From assembly GCF_009834535.1 (NCBI RefSeq), contig NC_045697.1:42968001-43032000 (forward strand): a stretch of DNA of 64,000 bases, read 5' to 3'. This DNA is from Camelus ferus (Eukaryota). Shown in pieces: positions 1 through 13,760 of this stretch; position 1 is the stretch's first letter; each line of letters starts with the position of its first letter. The notes under the pieces are model-generated. The model saw only the letters and a list, made by a program, of their open reading frames with translations. It was not told the DNA's origin and made no database searches. The position numbers were made by a program, and so were the translations under genes.

Positions 1-59
1 AATTATGAGGTTTTTGTGAGAAAAGCACCATTCCTTGTCCTGTGTGGGCATCTGGCCCT

Positions 60-420
60 GTTCTATCTAACGGTGAACAGATAGAACACACTATGTCTTC
101 CCTTATAGTGTATTGGGAGTTAATGCTGAGTGATAGTTGCTATATGACGAGAGAATTATGACAGTACAGCAGGACAAACCTTAGCCAGACTAGAGGGATT
201 GTAAGGGGTGGGGGGCAGTTTTGTTTTTAAGAGGACGTGATCTCTAAATCAAGTTTTAAAAGGTGTTATCCGGGCTAAGAACAGGGAGAAGTGCTTTCCC
301 GTTAAGGAAAATGACATAGGTGAATGTCTAAAGCAAGACAGAACAGGGCCAATTTGGTTTGAAGAATTGAAACAAATATTAGTGAAGAGTGTGAGGAGTA
401 AGGGCAGGAGGGTGCCCTTT
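60..420 (-). mobile_element. L2 LINE fragment (ancient, degenerate)
   Basis: Purine-rich run (gaggacgtgatctctaaatcaag...gtgctttcccgttaaggaaaatgacatagg...gaagaattgaaac) resembling the antisense L2 3' region; boundaries approximate. Confidence 0.5.
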
Positions 421-519
421 GAATTGTTCTTAGTAAGCAACTGAATATGGCATTAACACTAGAGGCTCCACAATCAGACAACCTGGTTCGAATTCCCAGG
501 GATAACAATATTTGCCTGT

Positions 520-950
520 TACACTAAGATTAGGTTGGGTTACATATAATAGAAGATCCAAAAGATTGGTAACTTAAGAAAGATGGAACTTTATTCTTCT
601 TTGTGTAAGAGATGTCATCAGAACGACCTAGGCTTCTGTCTTCTTCTAACATCCTGATGCATGGTCCAAGATGGCTGCTGGAGCTGTAACCGTCACAGCT
701 GTTTTTTAGACAGAAGGAAGGAGAAGATGGGGAAAGGGCAAAATCAGTGATGACTTTCTAAAAGAAACTCTTTTTGAAATCCCTGTCTGCTCTTCTGCAT
801 TAACCTCACTGCTTAGGAATTATTCCCATGGCCTTCCTAGTTGTAAAGGAAGCTGAGAAATGTCTTTTTAGTTCACAATATTGTCACCATGAATAAAGTT
901 GAGGTTCTGTTGCTGAGGACAAAAGAGAGAATGGATATTGGCTTAGCCAG
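520..950 (-). mobile_element. ERVL-MaLR solo LTR, MLT1J/K-like
   Basis: Typical blocks caagatggctgctggagct, gtaaaggaagctgagaaatgt and aataaagttgaggttctgttgctgaggacaaaagagagaatggatattgg. Confidence 0.75.
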
Positions 951-2304
951 AAGCAGTTTTTTTCCATGCCTCTCTTACAATGGCTTACTGTAAGAATTAA
1001 ATTTAAAAATGCACATAAAACATGTGGCATAACGTCTGGCATGTGTTAATTGCTCGGTAGTTGTTATCTTGACAAAGCCAACTCAAAACAACCCTTTTTT
1101 GGAAGCATTGTATGATGGCAATTAGCTTTAAACTAAAGAATCTCTTACCTACGCTTGAACGAACTGATTTTTCTCCTTCATTGCTGTGGCATAGATGGGA
1201 GTCTATGACACCATGCATGCGATTAACAGCACAAGATCAAATAAATAAGTCTCCTCCATACTGTATTGGCATAATATACCCTGCATCTAATTGCCCTTTG
1301 TTGACTTGAAGAGTTATTAATCTCTGTTAGAAAGACATGCTAATTGTACCTGATCAACCTGACAAAATAAGCAAATCATATAGCCAACCAGGTAGAAGTC
1401 AAACAGAAAGAAAATGAATTTTGAGGGGGTCATAAGTCCACCATATTTATTCACGATGGGAAGCAAACAGTCATTTATTGACTCAAGTTCTTTCATTTAC
1501 ACCTTATCTCAGCCTATTTGCTTTAAGAGTTTAGCACCTATCAGTAAGGCCATCCGCACCCACCCCATCTGCTGGCATCAGCACCATCAGCATCATCACC
1601 AACACCATTACCTTCCCATGGTCATGATTACCCCCGTGCAGGGACGTTTTTGCTCACCTACAGTTAGCTTAGCTGCAGACGGTAAACAAAGGAAGCACAG
1701 GCCGACTTCCCCAGGCCTGCCTGACTGGGGATAGATCTAGCTGGAGCGTTAACTAAGCACTAAGAGATAAGGCTGTCGTCAGCTGGGGCAGTGAGCCTGG
1801 GAGGCAAGTCCATTAAAAACACGGGAGGCTTGACTTATCACTCCACGTGACTATGTGCTTTTAAATGTCGACAGCTTCTATAAAAATTCCATCTTCCTCG
1901 CATGGGGTCAACTTGACCTACTGCAGTGAAAACTGGCAAGGTTCTGACCCTTCACATTTATCTCAGCCAGAACCAGATAACCTTGCCCTGTAGTCTAAAA
2001 ATACCCTGCCCTCCCCAGTATCCTCTTTATCTCTCTAGCAATAATGACAAAAATGAGCCTTGGAAACGACATGTGGACTTGAAAAACTGTGCATTCCCAC
2101 CCCTGCCGCCCAAACACACTAGACCTTTGTTTCCAGGGACTGTGGGCACAGAACCTCTTGCCCAGGGGTGAGCTGAGGACACCTGCAGGTTTTCTCAGGT
2201 TCAGGTTCCTGCTGTCCCAGGTTGTAGCTGCTCCTGAAGTCGGCTGATCCTGGGGCCAGTTTGATGGCACTTTCTGTGGTTTGCTATTCCTGGAATACTG
2301 TTCG

Positions 2305-2460
2305 CTAGAGTAATGGAATTAGGAGTCCAGAAGTCCTTGTTCTAGTCTTTTTTTGTCACCAAACTGTTGGCCTTGAGAAAGCCACTCCGATTTTTGGGTT
2401 TCTGCTTCCTTATTGGTAAAATGAGACAATTAATAAGACATTTTCTAAAATCATCCAACC
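2305..2460 (+). mobile_element. MIR SINE fragment
   Basis: ggagtccagaagtccttgttctagtc...ggccttgagaaagccact...ttccttattggtaaaatgagac follows the MIR core. Confidence 0.65.
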
Positions 2461-5400
2461 TCTACAAGTAATAATTCTTTCTCTTGTATAAACTTCCTAG
2501 CTTTCCAACCAACTGCCTCAAATTTTGCCTGCTTAAACTCCCACTAGTTGCTTTATTTAATGTCTTGTATTTTTTTCTCCACCATCTCCACCTAGAATGC
2601 CAATCACGGGAACTGTGGGATGGAGGGTAATTTATTGTGGTGAGCGCCCCTGTATCCTCCACCATGTGCATGAGCCACCCAGTAGTTCCCAGGGATGATC
2701 TGAGATAAATAAGATGATGTTTTTGGCCTCATGGTGCTTCGGGCTACTGGTATGTTCCTGGCAGTTTACAAAGTTATAGGAACAGAAAAGCTTTCCAATG
2801 TGGTCTCAGTAAACTTTCCAGGAAGCACAAAGCCAGCAGAAAGACACCTCGGTGCCTGGTTTCAGATATGACACTGAGGTTTGGGACTAATCACCTAGGC
2901 TATCCTTTCAATCATATTGAGAAAGGACGATCCACACTACACTTAGTATAAAATGAGATTTAGGCTTTTGGAGAGATTGTGCTTGTTCAGCCAACTCAGG
3001 CTCAACACTCGTTTGGTTCTGTACGGCATGCTATTGACCTCACTGATTTGGAGTGTGTCTCCTGAAGTTTGCTCCTCGGGGCAGAGTTGACACAAACTTG
3101 AAGTGAGCTGCAGGTGGCCTGAAACTGATAGTGTAGATGAAGCCCGAATGTTTTAAACGGTCCCTAAGCAGATTGTTATTAATGAACTTTGTTAATTATC
3201 AGCTTAAGCTGTATTTAAAAATGACCTTTTAAAGTGATGCTTGAGGAGCACAATCTATACCAGAGTGAGCAAGCCTTTGGCTTGATTAGATCCCAATACC
3301 TTTCTCTTGATGAAATTGCAACTTATTAACATTCTCAAATGAGATGGAGCTATAAATGTAAGTGGGTTTTAACACAATCATTTTTGAGGAAATGTCAAAC
3401 TTCATTGCACACCTCTTCCTCCCGCCTCCTTCTTTAATGGCAGAGTTCAGTGAAGGACTGAGCCAGATTAATGAGCGAGGGATGGAGAGGGTTTTGAAGC
3501 CAAGGAAAAGACCACATAGCCGATCAGTCTCTAATTTAATCATCTCAGTAGGCTTTTCAGTGAGCTAGCATTATTAAACTGCCCTGATCGTATTTATGTA
3601 CCTGCGGAAGGAAAACCGAGGGAGAAACTAGTGCTGTGTTTATGGACATAAGAGAGACAGGAAGAGAGCAAAATTGTCAGCCTGAGATGTCCGTGACCTG
3701 GAACCAAAAAGCGTAATTGGCTAAGTAAATCCACGTAATTAAATTAAATATGAATAGCCACTGATTGAGAGTTGCACCATGGACAGAATATGCTCGCTGT
3801 TAATGACCCACAATTTATTTACACCTTAAACACTGTGTTTCCTTACTGCTCTAAAGTAGTAAAATTGCTTTCTTCCTGGTGAAATTTATTGCCATTTAAA
3901 CATGCCAAAAGGCCATTCTGGCAGTCATTACAATAATCTATCATTTCTGCAACTGCTGGTATCCTGTTCTGTGGTCAAATTCAATCTGAGAAGGGTCAAC
4001 AGAATTTTTCCACCAAATGCTTCCCTCTTGACTATCATCAATTTACTTTTGTCAACAAAAAGGGCATTACTATGGAATGAAACAGAAGATTCCCTTAAGA
4101 CCTCTGGCAAACACCGTGAGCTTCTCTGCGTCCAGTATCTCTTGAACGTGCAGATCTGTCTTTCTGCATGTGTCCATGTGCACAGTTGGGCCATTTCATG
4201 CAGAAGCATGAGCAGGAACCCTGCCACCAGTCTGTTTTCCTCACCAGTGACAGAAAAAGCACACCTGACAGTAGCTTACACTCTTTGTACTCTCTGGCTC
4301 CTGGGAGGATTGGCATTTTCTTTGAAGGAGGAACTTTTGGGGCTTCAGAGATGTTTGTTGCTATGTTAGTCTTGCTACTATTCCCTTCTTTTCTTTTCTG
4401 CTCCCCCTGGCACCTCTTCTTGTCACTTTTGATATGACATTTCTTGTTCAGCTTTCAGACCACACATTTCACATTTCCAACCAGCGAATGCTGGCTCTGT
4501 AATGTAGAAAAGAAAAAAAATAGTCCTTTGTCACTGAGGTAAGCATTGAGATTTTCTCCACTCTGGAAACATGAGATGGAAAATGAAAAAGAATGAAGTT
4601 AATTCAGGCCTTTACTTGTGTTTTTTTCTGACAAACTTAGAAAAGGGTGCTGTTGCTTTTTATGAGAGTGAGGAGTAGGACTTGGATAAATGACCATTTC
4701 TGTATTGTCTGTCTTGATTAATATTTGAGGACATAATCTCCATTCCAGCTTTCCTCTGAGGTCAGTTGTTGTCTCCTCTGTGGACGGGAGGCATCAGCAC
4801 GGCAGAACAAGTGACCCCCCTCTGCATTATAACTACATGGTGGTGACCATGTCGCCCCTCTGCCATCACCTGTTCACATAGACTGGAAACAGGTTATGAT
4901 TTATAATCAACAGGTTTAATCTTGAATGGTCAGGCTGCAAAATTGAGGATAATGTAGTATCTACAGTGTGTTTTTTGAGGGGCAGGATAAAAATTAACTA
5001 TTGTTAGTAACAGTCTTTTATTTCTTTGATTGTATTAAGTTTACTTTCACATTTTATCAGTTACCTATGTATTTTTTTGCAACAAGTCCAAGCAGCCTTT
5101 TTTCCCCCTAGGAAAGTGGATTTTTTCCTGGGATATAGTTGACTTTGTAATCATGTATAAGGACCGTGAGTGACAAGCAAAGTGTTGCTCTTCTTTGGCT
5201 TTTTGACACCTCTCTTGCCTTTACTTACTATTTGTTAGGTTTAGTTTGAGTTTTGTTTGTCTACTTTTGACTTTATGTATCATATGGGCAAATTTAGAAT
5301 TTGGGTTAATTTAGATGTGGCCACTACTTTTAATTAAAGTCTAGCTTCAAAAGAACAAACTCATGAATAATGTTCTGTTGATTTGAATACACTAAACTTA

Positions 5401-5499
5401 ATAAGATGTTTTATGATAGCATCACATCAGCTGTACAGATATTTGTACTTAATTTGGCTGTTCTCATTATTTAAAACAATGTCAATCTAGGTTTTTAGA

Positions 5500-5990
5500 A
5501 AAGATTTTTTATTACAAAAAATTTTTTGTAGAAAAAAGTAGAAAACATAAATAAGAAAAAGAAGAAAATATTTATTATGCTGACATTATTAAAATCATTA
5601 GTAATCCTACAACATAATCACTGTTAATATCTGGGTGTCTATAATTCTATAATTCTTTATCTTCCTATATATATTTACAAAAAAAATATATGCACACAAT
5701 GAGTTTTACATAAGATGTTTATATGACTGCTATTCATAGTAGCAAACATCTGCAGACAACCTGAATATTCATCCAAAAAATCGTAGTTTATTTATACAAT
5801 GGAATAGTATATAGCACTCAAAATGAACGAACTGAAGCTGGCCACAAAAATAGATGAATCTCAGCAACATAATCTGGAGAAAAAAATATGTCTCCAAAAC
5901 TTATATACAGCAGGATATGCTTTTTATCATTAAGACAAAAACAACAAAACCAAAAATTGTGTCCCTATGCTTTAGAAATATAGGCAGATC
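5500..5990. mobile_element. Ancient L1 (L1ME-type) fragments
   Basis: 5690-5990 (+) has L1 3' motifs tatacaatggaatagtatatagc...gatgaatctcagcaacataat; 5500-5680 looks like an antisense L1ME tail. Confidence 0.6.
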
Positions 5991-6146
5991 TGGTAGAAGC
6001 TGGAGGGTTTTCTGCAAAGGTGAAGGTGAGAGTGGGAATGGAGTAGTTGCCTACCATTCAAATCTGGGATAGAAACCTGGAGATGTGAACACTGTACAAA
6101 CCAGTTTCTCTTTTTTCAGTCCCAATTCTCATCACTGCTTCCAAGC

Positions 6147-6367
6147 CATCGGTATCTCAATCATGGCACTACTGACATTCTTGACAAGAAAATTCTTTGT
6201 TGTGGGAGGCTGTCCTGTGCATTGTAGGATGTTTAGTAGCAGCCCTGGCCCCCACCCACTAGTTTCAGTAGCACAGCACCCTTCCCCACCGGTTGTGATC
6301 ATCAACAAAGTCTTCAGACATTGCCGGGCATTTGCTGGGCAAAACTGTCCCTGGTTAAGAATCACTG
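6147..6367 (-). mobile_element. MER20 hAT-Charlie DNA transposon (near complete)
   Basis: ttctttgttgtgggaggctgtcctgtgcattgtaggatgtttagtagcagccctggcc matches antisense MER20; imperfect terminal inverted repeats catcggtatctcaa...ttaagaatcactg. Confidence 0.9.
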
Positions 6368-8844
6368 TGTTAGGAGAAGGCACATCAATTGTTAACTGGC
6401 TCAAGAAGAACATAATCAGTAAAGTGGATCTTGTTTTAAAAATTCTCTGTTTTTAAAATGTAGTTAATCACCACTTAGTATTATTCATCCTACAAAGACT
6501 ACAAAATTTAGTTCCCTCTTTGGTTGATTTTGGTGTTAGTAGAGCCCACTGAAATTACATAGTGCAGCCCACTGAAATGACTTGGTACAGAAATGGATTT
6601 TGCTGTTTTATTAGAAAGTCCTTTGTAAAATCCACTGACATATTTTTGTTGGCTCCTCCGTAGCTCTGTTCTGCAACATCATTGATTCTCCAGGCAGTAT
6701 GGAAACTTCTGGTAGGGAACTCCTCCTGCTGGGTGACCTCAAGGAAGCCACTGTGCTTCATCAGTCCCATATGAGAGAAAAAAAGAGCAGTCATAACAAT
6801 TAAACTGGCTAGCCTAGAAGGCCTTCTGAAGAAAGGTCTGTGTGAGGACAAACTTGTAATATTTATTGTGATTATCAGCCCCTCAGGGGCCTTTTGAAGA
6901 ATTCTGTCTGATTTATCAGGCAGCTGCCCCATGGATATGCATGAAGGGAGAGGGGAAGGATAGGAGGGGGCAGAGGAGTGGTGAGTGTGACCAGGTTGAT
7001 GGCAGTGCTCCAAGGGTGACCTCATGTTTACCCCCAGATGTTCCAATCGTTTCTAAATATCATCACAACCTTGGTGTGATGCCATTTTCTGTTCTTGCTA
7101 AACTTTGGGAAGCAAGGAAGACTTCAGAATTTTAATGCTCGCTTGAGCCTGTGAAAGACATAGAAATGTTCAAAAGTAGCCTGACCTTTTCATTGGTCGT
7201 TGCTGACTGGTTGACTGACTATCCCTGTTCCCTATTCCAACTGCTTCAGCAACTTTCTCATCTCCTTCCCTTCTTAGCACCAGGTACATAATTCTACGGA
7301 GGCCCTGACTTTTTCCACTATATTTCCCTACCAAGATCTTGTTGGTCTTATTCTAGCCCATTTTTTTTTTTTCCAGGGGAGAACTAAATGATGGAATTAA
7401 AGCTTAGCAGAAAAATCAAAATCAATGAATGCCAGTACCTGGAATTACCCTTTCATCAACAAAAAAGGAACTATGTGAAAGGCCAGCTTGTGGAAGAAGA
7501 TGGGCATTGTCCTTAACGATTCAAATAAGGTAGGTAATTAAAATGAGTTTGAGTAGGAATATTCAGATTCCAATTAATCCCACACAAGAAGGGGATATGT
7601 ATAATAAAAATATCCCTTTCAAATATTTCTCAAGCATTTTCTTGCCTGTTATTAGCAGTAACTCTGGATATCTTCCTACTTGTTATTTAAGGAAATCTTT
7701 AAGGCTCCAATTGCACAAATAATTTTCTCAATGGCTAGATTTCTTGAAGATCCTGGCTAGACAATTCCCACCACTAGAGTCACTCTTGCCCATTAAGGTA
7801 GGAATATTTACCCTAGAAGCCATTGCTGGAATTCATATCTGTTAACTGGAAAGGGTGGAGAAATTGAGGGAAGAAGAAGTACAACCTTCTTCCATGAACA
7901 CACTTTCCAAAAAATAGCATTAAGTAGTTGACTGAATTAACCATTTTGACATTGAAAGCAGAGAACAAGCTCTGGGCTGTGGGATACTGGACAGACAGAC
8001 TTTAAATAAGCTTTTGTTTTCTAATATTGACTCTAAGAATATCATATTGAATCCATTGTCTACTGCTGGCTAAATCCACTCAAACTGTCCATATTTCTCT
8101 GATATAGAATTAGACATATTCATGAAAAGGAGCTGGGGTGTTGAATCCATCACTGAAGTAGTGACAACCCTGTCAGCTTTAACTAGACAGAGGAAGCAAT
8201 CGTGTAGTATGATCTTCACCACTTACAGATAAAGTAATCACTAAACACATGTTAGATGACAAAAAGATGTCTCTTCAATGACAGTTCCCTGAAAATGAAG
8301 AGCTAAGGCTCACCAGGCAATATAGAGCACATGAACCAATACAAATGCAGGCTTTTCCTCCCCCATGTTAGACACTCCATCCTGACACTTAACAACTACT
8401 TGACTTATCTCTGAAGGGATTAACTAAGAAATCCTTGCATGCAGCTTGCACTCTGCTAAGCTGTCTTATACACCCTTCCAAAGACCATTTTGAAGTGGGT
8501 AGAGATATACTGGGTACTTTATAAGCAATTAGTACCATTGACTAAAGGAATTATCATAAAGAAATCTATTTGGAGTGACACTAAAAAAAAAAAAAGAGAG
8601 AGAGAAACAGAGTCCATTTTTTTCCTGCAGTTTCGATGGAATGAAGACTTCTTTAGACTGCGAGCTCCGAGAAGATAGGGACTGGATCTGTCTTCATGCT
8701 ATATTCTCAGCAACCAGGGTGTACACTACACATTAAAATTTGTAGAGGGAATGAATCAGTGAACAAATTATATCAGTTTGCATGTACAACTTCACTGATA
8801 GGGGGAATAATGGCCAGGTTGTGAATTCCTCCATAGCACTGTAC

Positions 8845-9045
8845 TTGCTAATATTTAGTCAGTATTTACTGTGTTCTAGGCACTTTTTAAAGTGCTTAAC
8901 GTGTATAAACATATTTAATCCTTCAACAATCCTATGTAGTAGGAACTATTTTGATCACAATTTGCATGGCAGGAAATTGCAGCTTAGAGAGGTAAAGTAA
9001 CTTGCAATTGGAAGCAGAATTTGAACTCAGGTCTAGCTAATTTAG
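8845..9045 (-). mobile_element. MIR SINE
   Basis: tttactgtgttctaggcact...atttaatccttcaacaatcctatg...gcttagagaggtaaagtaacttgc...gaatttgaactcagg. Confidence 0.8.
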
Positions 9046-9404
9046 ATAATCCATTGTACATTTCAAGTGTCATTTATTTACTAAGATTAGTTCTAGACTT
9101 GGGGACTCCACTAATCCAGGGAGGTGCACACCATTTTTGAAACTCCATCACATTGTTTCTCCTCCTTGCTTCTTTTTCTTCCCCTTCTTTTCTCACCTTC
9201 TGGCCTTTCTCTACCCCAATGTGGTAGTTGACTTTAAGGAGTAGGGTCCAGATTGTCAAAGACAGTGGGGGAAGGAATCCATTCCCCTCATAGTTTCCCT
9301 TTTCTTAACTTCGTGTTGCTGCTCATGGGTTGGAGGATGTACCACAAGTAAATAAAATCCAAGAGACCAACTTAACTTTTAATGTCTAGATTTTTATTTT
9401 TTGT

Positions 9405-9570
9405 TTTGAGTTTGGAATCCTAGCTCCATCGCTCACTGTCTTTCCCTGCTTCTCTTTGTTTCTTCATCTGTGAAATGCAGTACTTCTAGTGGTTGTAATG
9501 ATGAAACGACATGATATATACAATGCTGACTTAATCCTTTGCTCAAATTGTGAAAACCCAGTAAATGCTT
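9405..9570 (+). mobile_element. MIR SINE fragment
   Basis: ggaatcctagctcc...tttcttcatctgtgaaatg...ggttgtaatgatgaaacga. Confidence 0.55.
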
Positions 9571-10554
9571 AGTTTTTCTCCTTTCCTCACTATGTCTCTT
9601 CTTAGAAAGTGGTGGTCAAGCTGTGATGTCAGAGAGCAAGGCAATAGAAGGAATATAAGGGTGAAGTGAGTTCAGGTTTACCTGGATAAACCTTGTGTAT
9701 TTCATCCCATTATGGTGTTTTCTGTTGAAGAGTCTAAAACCACTCTTTCCTCAGGATGGAGTGTTTCTCTTGGCCAGGTTCCCCATGATGGCCCATTTTA
9801 ATTCCTCAGTAGGAGTCACTAAGTGAACCAATGGCACATCTTCAAATTCTTTGGGTGGATTTTGAAATTTGTCTTCGTCAGATCATTGTTTGAGTCACCT
9901 GATCCAGAGCTCCAAAGGGTGCCCTGGAGCTGTACCTAGTTTGTCGGTTTTAACATTCCTGGAAGGAGCCCTCTAGTTTCTGGTTCAGTACAACAGCAAC
10001 CGGACCCTTTCTCTTGGCCCCTAGGGCTGGTACTAAGGCACCTGAAAAACAGAAAAGCTGAATTAAGAAGACATCTGCCCACAATTTTATCAACTTTGGC
10101 TTTGTTTGGTTTTCAAAGAGTTACAAACAGAATACCATCACAGGAGCAAATTGAAGTTTTTGAGGGCCTCGAGCTTATATAATTCGGAGGGTATGCTTTA
10201 AGAGAAAATGTCAAATTGTCCCTTGAACATATTGATAGGGGTCCTGACAAGGCTTTGGAAGGAGCCCAGGCAATTTGAGAGACTCTGCAAATAAACTTCA
10301 TTGGCTTTGCATTTAATCCACCCCTGGTAGTGTGATTAAATCAGTTAAAACCTTTTTGAGTCCCAACGTGGACCTCAGCTGGGCCCATTTTATTGGGAGA
10401 TCATGCTAACATGTATGACAAATCTGTTCTCTTTTCACTTTCTTTTTTACTTGTTTGAAGGCAGTCAGTTTTTTCTGTCCTGGAATTACCAGGAGCTCCC
10501 AAATATCACTACAAAGAGACCCCTGGCAGACAGATTCTAGTTGTTGATTTGTAA

Positions 10555-10745
10555 CAGTAGCTAGTATTTTTAAGCATTTACCGTGTGCTGGACTTTGGGA
10601 TAAATACTTCATATGGCGTTTCCTGTTTAATTCTCACACTATCTCTATGAGATAATCTGCTCTGTATTTTTCTCACTCAATAAAGTCACTTGCTCTTTCT
10701 CATGCCCAGTGGATGGAAGAAACAAGGTTCAAACTAGGCATGTGA
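10555..10745 (-). mobile_element. MIR SINE
   Basis: taagcatttaccgtgtgctgg...tttaattctcacactatctctatgaga...taaagtcacttgc...ggttcaaactaggc. Confidence 0.65.
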
Positions 10746-12234
10746 GGCACGTGTGATGATTAGAATCCAAGTTGTAAACCACTTGGCTGTAATTTAGGGT
10801 TGAATGTGCAGTAGGTGGGCGATACTCATTGTTCCGTGTGCCGGGGAAACAGTCCTCTTTTAAAAAGCAGGCATTTGGGGTCTAGTTCTCCTTCACCACA
10901 TTCACCTCCCTTCCTGCTTCCTTAATTAAATAACTGTGCATCCATTATCAAAATAACCTACTTCATCTACACCTCAGATGCCCCAGCTGTAAAATGGGAT
11001 AATAATCCTTCATCTGCTTAAAGGCTGCTAGGTTGTTATGTCCCTGGAGGTTCTTTCCAGATTTAAATTCTCTAATTACTCAACTACTGCAAGTTCCTAA
11101 ACACCTGTCTCAGCATTTGCCTGATTTCAGATCTTAAATAAATAACTGACATCCAAATGTTGTCCCAGAGTTTAGGATGGAGCCAGCCATCAAACAGAAG
11201 TCTCCAGTGGAATGAGCCAGCGTGGAGACTGAAAGACAAAGCTCAGTCTGAAGGAGTTCAAAGGGAGGAAGAAAAAGGTATGTTCCTAGTTAAATGCACC
11301 CACGTTGAACTGAAGACTCAGAAAAGTTCTTTTCATTTTATTTTACGTTGGACTGACTTTTAAGAAAACAATCTTGGAAGTGTTTATTTTATAACTCTAA
11401 CAGCGTCCAAGAAAATGTGGACGGCCAAACTCTGAAAAAGCACAGTTGTGAATAGAACTCACTTTCAATAAGCAGAAAGCCCTTTCCTGGCCATAGTGAA
11501 GCTGTCCCCTCCAGGAAGAGGACAAAAGACCCTGTCAACTGGGTAAGGCCTCCTGTGCTAAGACGTTCTTCCTCTGATGTGTCTTCTTGAATTGGACCAT
11601 TTGAAAGCGCGTTCTCTATTGCAAAATGGGAGAGGAAGCTGTGTACCTTATCCTTTTGATTAGTATTGCAGCTCAGATTATTATTTGGTGATTTGGGGAA
11701 TAGGATGTTACCTTAAACAGACCAGAAGGGACTAGAGGTTTTGTTTTGCAGCATCGATGATATGTATTAGGACAGTATTTCTACTTGCTTTCTTTGTGAG
11801 TTCTTTAGGATTTAAGCAGTTTTTAACCAAACAGATATTTCGTAGATCTTAGTTTCTGTTAACTAGATTTGTTCAAGATAGTTTTAGCTGGTATTATGGC
11901 CTGTGTGTATGTGTGTGTGTACACTCCTGATATCCAAAAGCCACAGAACAGAGCTGCAAATGAGTAAAAATGTGGTTTTTAAGTCGTATATGCACCTTGT
12001 AATTTTTAACCCTTTTAAATTCTTTATCAAAGTACTAATACTTTACCACAAAGTTATAGTGAAGAGAAAATCTAATTGCTGTTAATCTATGTTTAAATTT
12101 TTGATGAACTCTGTAAGTGGGTATTAAAACATATTTATCATAGTTTAAGTTGTGATTTTCCCCCAGCTTTGTGCCCAACTTGTTGAAAAGTGACAGTGCT
12201 TTCATGGAAAAGAATATCAAATTCCTAAGTTCTG

Positions 12235-12420
12235 AAGATGGTGTTCTAGTATAAGGTCTGTTAGTACTACCTGTGTAGCTGTGGGCAGGTCCTTCCGTGT
12301 CTCTGAACCTCAAGTTTCCTCGTCAGCAAATTGGAATAATAATATCCTTTGCCTCTTTCATGGACTGAAGCAGTGACCAAATGAGTTAATATATTTATGG
12401 AATTTAAGTGCTATGAAAAT
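12235..12420 (+). mobile_element. MIR SINE
   Basis: ctgtgtagctgtgggcagg...tctctgaacctcaagtttcctcgtcagcaaattggaataataat. Confidence 0.7.
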
Positions 12421-12735
12421 GCAAGATGCCTTTTGCTTCAGATATTGCTTCAGATGTTAGCTCTAAAACATAGAACACATAAAGAATACAATTAGGTGGC
12501 AAGAAATGTGATGACATTTAACCTTATGGAAAGAATTGTCTATTTCTCTAGTTTCCTGGCCAGACCACACACAGGCATATGGTTATAATATCTGTTCTGT
12601 AGATAAGAAGAGGTGCTTGGAGATATATAGAGAGTTTATAAGGAAATACATGATTTAGCTGAAACATGGAGTTCTATAAAATATTAGACCAATTCTTGCA
12701 AGTGCAGATGGCAAAGAGGAGTCTAATGCAGTACA

Positions 12736-12871
12736 TAGTGGCTTTCAACCTGGTTGCGCTTCAAAATATGTGGACTTTTCTAAAACCATAGACTCGTGGG
12801 TCTCTCCCCTGGAGATTATTGATCCAGAGGTCTGAGTGTGGCCTGGGTATTTGTAGAGTTGAGAACCAATG
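12736..12871. mobile_element. MER5-type hAT-Charlie element (internally deleted)
   Basis: Terminal-repeat-like ends tagtggctttcaacc...gttgagaaccaatg; internal ccctggagattattgatccagaggtctgagtgtggcctggg. Confidence 0.7.
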
Positions 12872-13289
12872 CTGTGTCTATGTTTACTGGTTAAAGTAAT
12901 TGCCATGGACTGCAATGAGGTTAAGGTTTCTGTTGGTTCTAGTTGGAGTTTGCCAATGATGTTAGCTTCAGTTCTCTGACTTGTCATTAATACCCAGATC
13001 CTCACTCTTCTGTTTTCTTCATCTCGCCTGTTGTCTGGTTAATCCTTTTTTTTTTTTTTTTTTTGGTCCCATCTCCTGAGCTTTCAGCTTCCGCTCTAAC
13101 CGTACAACCTTCTTGACATTCGTTTTGACCCACCTACTCCTGATTGAAGCCATCACAAGCTCCACCAACCAGAAATGCTTCCTTTACAAGTAATCTCTCT
13201 TAAAACCAGCCTGAATCTCAGGCACCTTTCCAGATTGAGGAGAAGAGAAATAAAGATGCCGGCCACCCTCCCTCCCTGGATTTTATGAA

Positions 13290-13515
13290 AAGCAATATTT
13301 TAGATAGACAAAGCTAGCAGTGGGCTGCAGAATGGATGTGACAGAGGAAGGCGTGAAAGCAAGGACATCACTAAAATTGTATTGCTTTGGTCCAGAGGGA
13401 TGGTGGGAAAGTGACGCAATTTCCCAGTTGACTGAAATAGGGATGATAGCGGGAGTGAGGGACAGGAAGGATGAAGACATTGGAGAAGAACAGTCAGTTT
13501 GGTTTTAAACATTCA
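13290..13515 (-). mobile_element. L2 LINE fragment
   Basis: gtgggctgcagaatggat...gttgactgaaatagggatgatag...cagtttggttttaaacat typical of antisense L2. Confidence 0.55.
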
Positions 13516-13584
13516 GGGACTTTCGTGGTCATAATCCTTTTTGTTAAATAGTGAACCATGAATGTGTTTTCACGGGCACACAGT

Positions 13585-13760
13585 ATAGCAGAAATAGCCT
13601 GAACCAGAGGAGAGAAAACTTGGGGTCTTAATACTAATCCTCACTAACTGTGTGTTCTTGGGCCCCTCATTTACCATTTCTCTGCTTCAGTCCCTTCCTC
13701 TGAGGATCATAAGACCTGCTGTATCTACCACACATGAGAATGATGTGTAACATACACTTT
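13585..13760 (+). mobile_element. MIR SINE
   Basis: cactaactgtgtgttcttgggc...tctctgcttcagtcccttcctctg...gagaatgatgtgtaacata. Confidence 0.6.

Noticed and set aside
1414..1734. 106-aa ORF with His/Gln-rich run
   Set aside because: The run comes from a short (CAN)n low-complexity tract; no protein family or exon support
3902..7135. Longer unique-region ORFs (155 aa at 3902, 123 aa at 6085, 163 aa at 6555)
   Set aside because: No recognisable domains; the 6085 ORF is MER20 sequence; lengths fit chance ORFs with alternative starts
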